64,000 nucleotides of DNA from contig OX597814.1 in assembly GCA_951406725.2 (NCBI GenBank), positions 93,434,001 through 93,498,000 on the forward strand, in the 5' to 3' direction. A program made the position numbers and the translations under genes. Shown in pieces: positions 53,020-64,000 of the stretch (position 1 is the stretch's first letter; every line of letters begins with the position of its first letter). This DNA comes from Octopus vulgaris. Its lineage: Eukaryota. The notes under the pieces were generated by a model. The model did no database searches. It had not been told where the DNA came from and saw nothing but the letters and a program-made list of their open reading frames with translations.

Positions 53020-53119
53020 GTAGTGGTAGTAGTAATGGTGGTGGTGATAGTATTAATAGTAGTAGCGGTGACGGTGGTAGTGGTGGTGGTGGTAGTGGTG
53101 ATAGTAGTAGTAGTAGTAT

Positions 53120-53152
<33 letters not shown>

Positions 53153-53190
53153 CAACAACAGAAGCAGTCACAGCAGCAGCAACAGCAGCA
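53020..53190. repeat. (GTA)/(GTG)/(CAG) trinucleotide region
   Basis: Directly visible. Confidence 0.9.
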
Positions 53191-53594
53191 GTTTTTGTTA
53201 TAGAATTGAGAAAGGATATTTCTGAATAGCAAATTTATCTTTCATCAATAGGTACAAAAATGTGACCCTATATATATGAAAGCACGTTTTCTTTAGGTTA
53301 GTGAGTTCATTTGATCCTTGGTTTGATTCTCGGATTAGGCGGTGTGCCTTATTATTGAGGAAAGCACTGCATTTCACATTATTCCACTCTACTCAGCTGC
53401 AAATGAGTATCAACTGAATGTTGCTGCTATCCTTTAATCCCCTTGCAGTTGTCACATCCTTCATCTTTCGCTGGATCCAAGGTGGTAGGGACAAAGAAGT
53501 GGGGGAACTGATTCCACACGATTACATTGGCACCTAAAACAAGTAGCAAAAACATGATTCATGTTACGAAGTCATATCTGCTCGCGAGTGTTGG

Positions 53595-53683
<89 letters not shown>

Positions 53684-53994
53684 AAACACACATACACGCA
53701 CACGCACACGTACACACACATATATTCACGCACATATGCATGTAGGTATGCTATATGTAGTCTTAAAATAGGTGTTTAAAGTTTTGAATTTTACTGTCAT
53801 GCTTAAAAAATTCTTGCAAAGATGGTGGATTCCAGAAAGAGTAGAATGCCAGTTAGTCGTATCCCTCAACATTCTGTGTTCAAATCTCGCTATGGTTAAT
53901 TTTGTCTTTCAACCTTCCTGGGTCGATAAACTACCTAGCCAAATATTGGCTAATCATTTTATGCGCCTACAAAAATATCTGTGGTTTTATATAT

Positions 53995-54389
53995 TCTTTT
54001 GTTCTTTTACTTGTTTCACTCATTTAACTGTGGCCATGCTAGAGCACCGCTTTGAGGGGTTTTAGTCGAACAAATCGACCCCAGGACTTAATTTTTGTAA
54101 GTCTAGTACTTATTCTATCAATCTCTTTTGCTGAAACGCTAAGTTACGGGGACGTAAATACATCAACACCGGTTGTCAAACGGTGATTGGAGGACAAACA
54201 TAGACACAAAGACACACATACATAGATATATACATATACACAGGACGGGTTTCTTTCGGTTTCCGTCTACCAAATCCTCTCACGAGGCTTTGTTCGGCTA
54301 TAGTAGAAGACACTTGCCCAAGGTGCCACGAAGTGGGACTGAACCCGGAAACATGTGGTTGGGAAGCATGCTTCTTACCACACAGCTAC
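53995..54389 (-). mobile_element. SINE family B
   Basis: Full body on the minus strand. Confidence 0.88.
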
Positions 54390-54695
54390 AATCATGCTTA
54401 TATTTATCACCATTTAAAAGTGGTTGTTGTGTTATAACACATACTGCAATATTTGACTTCAGAGAATCTATGAGAGAATCTCACAGATAAGAAACACAGA
54501 TTTATTAGATTACAGTAAAAGTATAGTTGTAAGGAAGGGAGATAATCAGTTGAATCAGCAGAAATACTCTATTGTTAGATATGCGATCGGCTTTCGTGGT
54601 ATTTACAGAAACTGAAGTCTTGTAATAGAAGGTGAAAATGTTAAGGCGTTGCTGATAACAACAACCTGTAGATACAAAGTATAATTTCTAAAATA

Positions 54696-55101
54696 GGTGT
54701 GGTTGTGTGGTAAGTAGCTTGCTTATCAACCACATGGTTCCGGGTTCATTCGCACTGCGTGGCACCTTGAGCAAGTGTCTTCCACTATAGCCTCGGGCCG
54801 AATAAAGCCTTGTTAGTTGATTTGGTAGCCGGAAACTGAAAGAAGTCAGTCGTATATATGTATATATATATGTGTGTATGTGTGTGTATATGTTTGTGTA
54901 TCTGTGTTTGTCCCACCAACATCACTTGACAACCGATGGTGGTGTGTTTACGTCCCCGTAACTTAGCGGTTCGGCAAAAGAGACCGATAGAATAAGTACT
55001 AGCTTACAAAGAATAAGTCCTGGGGTCGATTTGCTCGCCTAAAGGCGGTGCTCCAGCATGGTCGCAGTCAAATGACTGAAACAAGTAAAAGAGTAAAAGA
55101 G
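54696..55101 (+). mobile_element. SINE family B
   Basis: GGTGTGGTTGTGTGGTAAGTAGC..GCAGTCAAATGACTGAAACAAGTAAAAGAGTAAAAGAG. Confidence 0.9.
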
Positions 55102-55109
55102 AATAAAGC

Positions 55110-55300
55110 ACAAGGTTACAAATTTAAGGAAAGGTGTTAGTTGATTATATCGATTCCGATGCTCCATTGGAACCATATTTTATCAACTCTGAGAAGATGA
55201 AAGGTAAAGTTCATCTCGGTGGGATTAGAACTTGGAATGAAAACAGCCGGTAGAAATACCGCAAGGCATTTTGACTGCTGCTCTAACAATTCTGTAGCAC
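55110..55300 (-). mobile_element. SINE family A, degraded
   Basis: GAAGATGAAAGGTAAAGTTCATCTCGGTGGGATTAGAAC. Confidence 0.6.
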
Positions 55301-55773
55301 GATGCAAAGAATCTAAATGATATGGTCACAGGTGTCACTAGTGATGAGAATCGTCAGGCTAGATCAATCAGTTAATAAGCGATGCGTTGACGTAAACGAG
55401 ATTTCCCGAGTACACAAGTCTGTAACACGAATTGATTATATGATCGCAGTAATGTCACGTTACGTACAAAATACGTCTATGATTATTTTGGAGTAGCAAT
55501 GATCATCTCACGGCTTCGTATTTCTTCTTTAAAACTAAGGTCTTTTGCCAATATAAGAAATGAAAGTACATTATTCACATGGACGAGTGGTTGAATCATG
55601 ACCTCAACATATAATGTGGTATAATTGTTTCTTTATTAGAATCTTTTGTTTTCTTTCTATATTTTTTTTCATTCTTTTCGTTGTTGAACTATTGCAAAGA
55701 GGACATAGTAATTACAAATGTGTGTATGTATGTGTGCGCGTGGAGTGATAGTGGTTGTGAGACACAGTGAGAG

Positions 55774-55817
<44 letters not shown>

Positions 55818-55995
55818 GTGGAGAAAGAAGAAAGTAAGATAGGATCTGAGGAAAAGTGTCTGGGAGGAATATATATGTGTATGTGAGTGTGTGTGTGTGT
55901 GTGTGTGTGAGTTTAGTGAGAGTGAATGATAGAGAAGGTGAAAGAGAGAGAAAGTGATGTGTGTATGTATATATATGTATATGTATGTATGCATG

Positions 55996-56029
<34 letters not shown>

Positions 56030-56054
56030 TGTATGTATGTATGTATGTATATAT

Positions 56055-56119
<65 letters not shown>

Positions 56120-56164
56120 TCATATAGATGTATGCGCGTGTGTGTATATGTATAAATGTATGTA

Positions 56165-56206
<42 letters not shown>

Positions 56207-57117
56207 CATATGTATATTTATATGTGTGTGTGTGTGTGTTGTGAGATGTAGACAGATTGATAGATAGAAAGAGAGAGAGAGAGAGAGAGAGAGAAGGAGA
56301 GAGTTAAATGATTATATATGTGTATGGGCATGTGTTTATGTGTGAGAGGGAAGCTAAAAATAAGTTCAGTGATATATACTTGAGATGACCCTTACGAAGT
56401 AGATAAATAAAATACTATTTGATGCCATTTCATTTGACGATTACCTTCGATAATATCTTTCTTTTTATCCAACAACGGCATTTAGGTGTGTCTCAATGAG
56501 ATATGATTGCTATTGGCTGCGCATCGGTTGCATAGCATGCTGTTCATGTCGGTTAAATAATGTAGCAGCTGTTGAAATTGTTTTGTAAAACGCATGAGTG
56601 TTTATTAACAGCAATAATAACAATGGGATTCCGCAGAAGAATAACAATTAGAGGAACAAATAAGAATATGAAGCAAAAAAGAAGTAGGTGAAGCAATGCA
56701 TTTGCAAATTAATGATGTACTTATGTGGAAACTAATCTACAAAGATTTCTTTGGATTGACGTATCCTCTCTAAGTAGCTACAGTATTCTACCGAATCATG
56801 GGATAATTTTATACTTGAACAGCATTAATTCTGCTCTTTATTCGATTACATTGAGCCACAACTAACTGTACGAATGAACCGTTGGGTTTCACAGTTCAAC
56901 AAATTCTCAGTTTTCAGAAATTTCAATAACAATAAAAATCAGTTTCTCAACGTCCATCCCGGGAAAATTTTAAGAAAATTAAAATATTTATATTTTTAAT
57001 ACTACATAACACATTCTACTACAGGCACAGGGCCTGACACTTTCTAAGGGAGGAGATTAGTTGCTTATATTGACCCCACCCAGGTCACAACTGGTACTTG
57101 TTTCATCAGCCCCGATT

Positions 57118-57170
<53 letters not shown>

Positions 57171-57175
<5 letters not shown>

Positions 57176-57680
57176 TAATGAAGGATAAAATTTTTTTTTT
57201 CGAAAAAAATATTCTTTTCAAAAAAAATTTCTAATGCCAGATATGCCGAAAAATTGGACATATTGTCGATTAACCATATAATTTTTTCACAATATGCACG
57301 CTACTCGAAAAAAGGTCGACAGAAATTTCTAAAACATTCCATTATTACCATATCGGACCGATTTCAGGGTTAGCTTATAACAGTCTTCCCTTCGTCAGTG
57401 ATACATGTGGCAAAAGAAATAAATGAGATACTTACTCATACCCATGGAAGAAGCGAACACTAAGTCATGAGCACAATTAATTACCCCAAATACATCCAAA
57501 ATAGAAATACTCCAGCCCATTCGAGACACGTGCGATTTGAACTGGAATGTTTTAGAAATTTCTGTCGACCTATTTTCGAGTAGCGTGCATATTGTGAAAA
57601 AATTATATGGTTAATGGACAATATGTCCAATTTTTCGGCATATCTGGCATTAGAAATTTTTTCGTTTGCCCTTAATTATG

Positions 57681-57684
<4 letters not shown>
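57171..57684. mobile_element. Fold-back PLE-derived unit in (TA)n: 120-bp inverted arms with an HHR in the spacer
   Basis: Arms 57222-57341 and 57543-57662 differ at only 2 positions by eye. (TA)n lies on both sides. Confidence 0.85.
57346..57403 (-). ncRNA. Type I hammerhead ribozyme motif, intact core
   Basis: Minus strand TATCA CTGACGA AGGG-(18 nt)-CCCT GAAA TCG-GTC-CGA TA TGGTA. All three stems pair, CUGANGA and GAAA are intact, AUA triplet (predicted cut between 57351 and 57350). Confidence 0.8.
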
Positions 57685-57715
<31 letters not shown>

Positions 57716-57751
57716 GATAAATCTCAGAGCGAGTTTTTCCAGTGTCGATAT

Positions 57752-57822
<71 letters not shown>

Positions 57823-59770
57823 GTATATGTATATGTATACATTATTAGTTCCTATATATATACATATACATATACATACACACACACACATGTATATATA
57901 TATATGAATTAATTCTACTTAATTCGATCTATAGTAGAGTAAGAGAGAGAAGGGAAGGAGGAATAGAGGGAGAGCGAGAAAGAGAGTGTGAGAGCGAGAG
58001 AGTGGGGTGTTTCGTGATTTTCCTTCAGTATTGTTAAATATGCAAATGGTATTGACTGAAATATTCTCACCGTAATCTACAGTTAAATAATTAATCACCT
58101 CGCAACGGTTACAAAAGCCTAGTACACCACCCTTTGAAAACAAGATGGATAAGGGGTGGCAATCTGTCATGACAGTGATTTATCATAGTTGAAAAAGCTC
58201 GTAAAATCCACAGAAAAAAAATACGAACAGTTGGCATCAGGTTAGGTGTTCGTATTTTCCCCTTCAACAAGTTTAAACCACGTGATGATCCTTCATATCC
58301 CTTTGAGTTAACTGATTTCTCGTTATGACCTGATATATTACTGAAGAAAATATGAAGCGAGTGGATTCGGTACTGGTGAACGGAATATAATACAGCAGGA
58401 CAATTTCCTGAATTCTAGAAATTATTTTCTTGGTTGTCAGTGTGTGTGTGTTTATTTTTGTGTGTATTTCTTGTTGTGGAGAAACAAAAATTCGTCATAT
58501 TCATTTATTCCCCAAAATGGTAAATGCGGCATGATCCATAGTACAATTCAAGTAACAAACATGTGCCCGTACTACGCGGTGAAGATATGAGCGTGTCATC
58601 TGATGCCCTGATCACAAACAGCACGTCCGAAATTAACATAATAAATATTTCGAATGCATCTGTAATGATCTGGCAATACATTAATGAATTTAATTCACTG
58701 CGAATATAGTGGAAGCAATTAGTGTTATTTTTCTGTGTGTGATACGTCATAAACTCTTGTATTTCCAGAAGTAAGACAATCATGCTTACATATTGTTCCC
58801 TAACTTGCAAACAAGCCATAATGACATCTTTAATCGATTTAACCAATCGATACAGACTACATGTTTTCTTATTCTTTAATTATTTACCAAGGAGCTCTTT
58901 TAAGGAAAGTTATATTGTTTTATATATAGATTTGTATAGGGAAACACTCAAGGAAACTATTTTCAGCATATGCATGGGTGGTAATAAAAAGTAGCGATCG
59001 AATTCATGATCAACAGATGTGAATTAATAAGAACATCAACAATATGACTGAAAGTGTTCTGCACACTACACAAACACGCTAGGGTCAAACATTTAATTAA
59101 TAAGAATTATTCAATAACTATCTTGAATGGTTGCTTTGTTGGACAGTGTTACCAACTGAAGAACGAATATATTGTATCCATTCTATCTCTCGAACATCGA
59201 AGCTATCATAACGATAAAATATAATTGTGGAAGGTATTTGCCTTTCAAATGAATTATTAAAGAAATCTCTATTCATTTGTTTTTGTCTCCTTTTATTCGT
59301 TTCCGTAACTGAAGAAAGTTAATTGATTATATTGACCCAGTACTTATTTTATCGATCTCTCGAGGGAACGATATGTAAAGTTACCATGTATACTTTCAAT
59401 TTGGTCAGCAGTCATGTTCCTACATTACATGACTGGTATTTGCAATAAGAATACTTCATGGGTGGATTCTGTCAAGTGGAGCGCCGTGTAAACTACTGCC
59501 AGGCATTCAGCTCTACAGTGTTTTCTAGTTTCCCACAGCCCAATGCCTTAGTATTGACTAATCATATTCATTTAGTTGTAGATTTATGAATATAGCTGGT
59601 TGATTCAATTCTAGTTTATTAGCAGTTTCTCTTGGCAGTGTAGTTGAGAAATTCACTATGGTTTCAGTTTTTGGTTCAATTGCGTGGCATCTTGGGTAAA
59701 CACTTTTATATTGACTGTGAGTGAAGTTGAAGAACATACATACACATATATATGTATACACACACACACA

Positions 59771-59850
<80 letters not shown>

Positions 59851-60819
59851 TATGTATGTATGTGTATGTATACATATATATGCATACATATACATACATA
59901 CACACACATATGTATATATATATATATTATATAGAAGAAACGGCCCTTAATATCAACAAAACGGTGTACGTGTTTATGCTTCGTAACTTAGCATTTCGAT
60001 AAATAAGATTAATAATATATCAGATCTAAAAATAAGTACTTGGTTTCGATATAAACGACTAAAACCATTGAAAGCAACATCCCAACATAGCTACAGTGCA
60101 GATCAAAAGAATAAAATAGGCAAATGAATACTCAAGCAAAGCAAAAACAAGACAAGGATATGCTAAGACTACGCATCTTTAGGAGAAGACAGAAGCACAA
60201 AATTGAATCAACCAAGGTACATGCAATAGGGGTATGTAAAATATGATATCGATGCGATATGTTACTTTACCATATTCAGCATGTTAAATATAAAAGTCTG
60301 AACTGAGAAAGGATACAGTAATGCTCTGTTATTCCAGCCAAACTTTTAACCACACTCATATTGATTATATACTTTTATGGTACGCAGCATTTGTTTTTCG
60401 GAACTCTGGCTACACTCTTACGCTCTAGTAAATATATGGGACAAAACGTGATTCTGTTTTCGCGTCTGGTTGGATCATCAATCAAATTATTTGGATTTTT
60501 TCCAAAGAGAAAAAGTGGAAGAGACATAAAAGAAAAAACAACAAAAGAAAAATTAAAAGAAGAAAGATAAAAGAACGTGTTTCCATATTCAGCATCGGTA
60601 TAGAAAGAATCGATTTTATTTGTCGGATACTCATCGACTTGGTGAAATTTCCGATACATATAAATTTACCAAACTGTAAGAAAGATGATTCGGATGAAAT
60701 TTAGATTATTGATATATCGATTGATCTAACGCCGGAATCTCAAGCGTATACCTTGACAACTCGGTATTCATTGAAATGTTTCTGTTTTCATATTTTCTGT
60801 ATGCATACGTACATGTATG

Positions 60820-60850
<31 letters not shown>

Positions 60851-60887
60851 ATGTATGTATATATATATATATATACATGTATGTATG

Positions 60888-60937
<50 letters not shown>

Positions 60938-60939
<2 letters not shown>

Positions 60940-61332
60940 CGCAGGAGTGGCTGTGTGGTAAGTAGCTTGTTTACCAACCACATGGTTCTGGGTTCAGTCC
61001 ACTGCGTGGCATCTTGGGCAAGTGTCTTCTACTATAGCCTCGGGCCGACCAAAGCCTTGTGAGTGGATTTGGTAGACGGAAACTGAAAGAAGCCCGTCGT
61101 ATATATGTATATATATGCGTGTGTGTGTTTGTGTTTGTCCCCCTAGCATTGCTTGACAACCGATGCTGGTGTGTTTATGTCCCCGTTACTTAGCGGTTCG
61201 GCAAAAGAGACCGATAGAATAAGTACTGGGCTTACAAAGAATAAGTCCCGGGGTCGAGTTGCTCGATTAAAGGCGGTGCTTCAGCATGGCCGCAGTCAAA
61301 ATGACTGAAACAAGTAAAAAAGAAAAAAAAGA
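60938..61332 (+). mobile_element. SINE family B, full length, young
   Basis: tRNA-like head with GGGTTCAGTCC, CORE-like CTTGGGCAAGTG, internal microsatellite, A-rich tail; preceded by (TA)n. Confidence 0.92.
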
Positions 61333-61513
61333 ATATATATGTATATATATATGAGTAAATGTAAGGACAAGCAAGTTAGGCAAGTCAATATACAAAAATT
61401 AGTGAATACATTTAATGCAAGAAGTGTACATATGTATGCATATAAAAACAGTCCGACTTACACAGAATATAAATGATATCAGGAATTAAAGAGGTTGAGT
61501 AAGAGTTTTACGA

Positions 61514-61606
61514 TTCCAGCAGCTGTTTCTGGGGGCTTGATGATCTAAAATAATGACTGTAACTTGATTCCATCATCGGAGACCACCAGCCTCCGTCTTC
61601 AGGGAA
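61514..61606 (-). ncRNA. Hammerhead motif with expanded stem II (left arm, cleavage-site mutant)
   Basis: Minus strand TTCC CTGAAGA CGGAGGCTGGTGGT..ATCATCAAGCCCCCA GAAAC AGCT GCT GGAA. Stem I TTCC/GGAA; U16.1>C. Confidence 0.5.
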
Positions 61607-62160
61607 GAATTTTTGTATTTGTGACATTGACAGGATGGAGTTTAAAGATGGAATGATGTTGTAGAGAACTAAATGTATTAGGAAGAGGAGTTGGGGGGTG
61701 TTTAGATAGAGAGTAGTAGAGGAGAAAATAGATTTCGAGGTTACAGTTAATAACATAACGGTCCACCTCCGATACCAACCCAATTCCTTTGTCTCACTAA
61801 CAACTACTTTTCACACCTTTTCACCCCCCTCAGCTACTGAACGAGTCAACTCATTTCCCTCTGCTATATAGCCATCCCTTTTCACTATCTCAACCTTTAA
61901 CTCTATAGCCGTCACACAAACTAATACAAAAGTCATCATTCACATACCACCTAAATTACCTTTTCCCCCTTTCTCCTACATTCCACCTCTACTACTATCA
62001 CTAACCTCATTATTAATCCTAACCCCGAAATCTATTTTCTCCTCCCACTACTCTCTATATAAACACCCTGCCTTAACTCCTCTACCTAATACACTTACTT
62101 CTCCACAAAATAATTCCATCTTAAACTCCATTCTGTCAGCACCTCAAATGTAAAATTCCT

Positions 62161-62249
62161 CCCTGAAGACGGAGGCTGGTGGTATCCGATGATGGAATCA
62201 AGTTACAGTCATTATTTTAGATCACCAAGCCCCTAGAAACAGCTGTTGG
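62161..62249 (+). ncRNA. Hammerhead motif with expanded stem II (right arm)
   Basis: CC CTGAAGA CGGAGGCTGGTGGT..ATCACCAAGCCCCTA GAAAC AGCT GTT GG. Intact boxes, palindromic AGCT loop III, GUU triplet; stem I reduced to 2 bp. Confidence 0.55.
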
Positions 62250-62447
62250 TTTCATAAAACTCTTACTCTACCCTTTTAATTCCTGATATCATTTATATTC
62301 TGCGTAAGTCGGACTGTTTTTTATGTCCATACATATGTACATGATTTGTATTAAATGCATTTAATATTTTTTATACATCGACTTGCCTAACTTGCTTGTC
62401 CGTACATTTATTCCTCTAACTGCTCAAGTCAAATCTTTTGAGCACTC

Positions 62448-62542
<95 letters not shown>

Positions 62543-62604
62543 ATCATATATATACATATGTATATGTATGTATATGCTCATATATATTTATATTAAGGAG
62601 AAAT

Positions 62605-62758
62605 CCGTCGGTTACGACGATGAGTGTCCCAGCTGATACGATCAACGGAACAGCTTGCTCGTGAAATTAACGTGAAAGTGGCTGAGCACTCAACAGAGAC
62701 GAGTACCATTAACGTAGTTCTTAGGGAGATTCAGCTTGACACAAAGTGAGACAAGGCT
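62605..62758 (-). mobile_element. SINE family C, 3' part
   Basis: CCGTCGGTTACGACGATGAG..GGAACAGCTTGCTCGTGAAATTAACGTG is the reverse complement of about 2340-2463. Confidence 0.75.
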
Positions 62759-62994
62759 CGGGAACGACCTTAGAACTTTTTCTTGCAATATACATACATA
62801 AACACACACACAAACAGACACACACACACACACACATACACATGCATACATACATATATGTATATGACTTAGTGTCTGTGTATTTTTTCATGGGTGTATA
62901 CATACACACACACTTGAACAAATTTATACATCAACTAAAATAACTTAGTAAAACATCCAAGACTTAAATCCATCCATCCCTCCGTACATATATC

Positions 62995-63094
<100 letters not shown>

Positions 63095-63541
63095 TCAAAG
63101 TCACTAAAAGAATTAATGTCCACCAATACACCACGAGTCAGGCGACTGATTTTCTGTTTAGATAAGATGAATTTATTTTGACTTTTCTTTGCAATATACT
63201 ATTAATGTTTAAGTACTTTTTTTAAAACGGAAACTATTTTATCTCTACAAGCATCACGCCTTCTTTGCACCTAATATAACAGCAGTTTACTATTTGCAGT
63301 TCATGCTTCTTGCACAAAATTCTCGAGTAAGTGTTTAGATTGGAATAATGTCATAGTTTGTAGTAGTTTAGGCTGTTTAAAGCTATGACTTTGATTCTAT
63401 TGCGTGGGTTAACTACAGTCGAAAATATCTGTCAATTCCTCTCCTAGAATTCTGTTTTTGATTTCTTCCTTTGCTTTTTTTTTCTTCTTCTTCAAGCATT
63501 CTTTTAACGGCAGCTATACATCGTAGGGGTAAAAACGAAAA

Positions 63542-63593
<52 letters not shown>

Positions 63594-64000
63594 TCTCTCT
63601 CTTTCTCTCTCTCTCTCTCACATACACACACAAACATATATACACACACATTCTCCCCCTTTCTCTCTCACACACACATGCAATAATTTTTTAACGCTAG
63701 AATATGATGAGAACCTGTAAATAAAAGAACATTATCAAAGGAGCTCCAGATGTGACAGTACAATCTCTTTTGCTTCTGGAAGTACGTTGTTTTTAATTCA
63801 TGCTTCTTTATTCAAAACGGTATAGTTTGATTTCAAGGTGATTGAGATGCTATATCTAGCAGATCGCACAATGCATATATGCTCCTTCGTTGATTCGTAA
63901 TGCGATGCAGAATCAGGGAATATGATTATCTGGTTTAACACACAGCTAACTTTTAATGACAATATGTAGCAATACAAGGTCACTATAAAATTCTTAAATT

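Larger units (their letters stand above)
61353..62450. mobile_element. Large fold-back PLE pseudo-LTR-like unit, about 400-bp inverted arms each with an HHR motif
   Basis: 61353-61753 is the imperfect reverse complement of 62010-62413, with a 256-bp C-rich spacer. Flanked by short (TA)n and (TCTA)n. Confidence 0.85.

Noticed and set aside
58505-58846. 113-aa non-repetitive minus-strand ORF
   Set aside because: No recognisable family, and the length is within chance expectation for a 64-kb window.

Overview
AT-rich eukaryotic non-coding DNA saturated with microsatellites and transposon debris. The SINE families and repeat landscape suggest an octopus-type (coleoid cephalopod) genome; this is an inference. 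No intact host gene could be supported, and nearly all listed ORFs are translations of microsatellites or SINEs. Recognisable content: about 30 tRNA-derived SINE copies in 3 families, three Tc1/mariner relics, probable non-autonomous Helitrons, an L1/Tx1 fragment, five restriction-like-endonuclease (R4/Dong-like) LINE fragments, and Penelope-like element (PLE) fragments that look like three different clades. The most striking unexplained structure is a recurring set of fold-back (inverted-repeat) units, mostly in or beside (TA)n tracts. Several carry type I hammerhead ribozyme (HHR) motifs: the best formed are at 57346-57403 (-) and 13481-13532 (+), with about 8 further variant or degenerate motifs. 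These are best read as PLE pseudo-LTR-derived, HHR-bearing, microsatellite-associated retroelements. All folds and alignments were done by eye.
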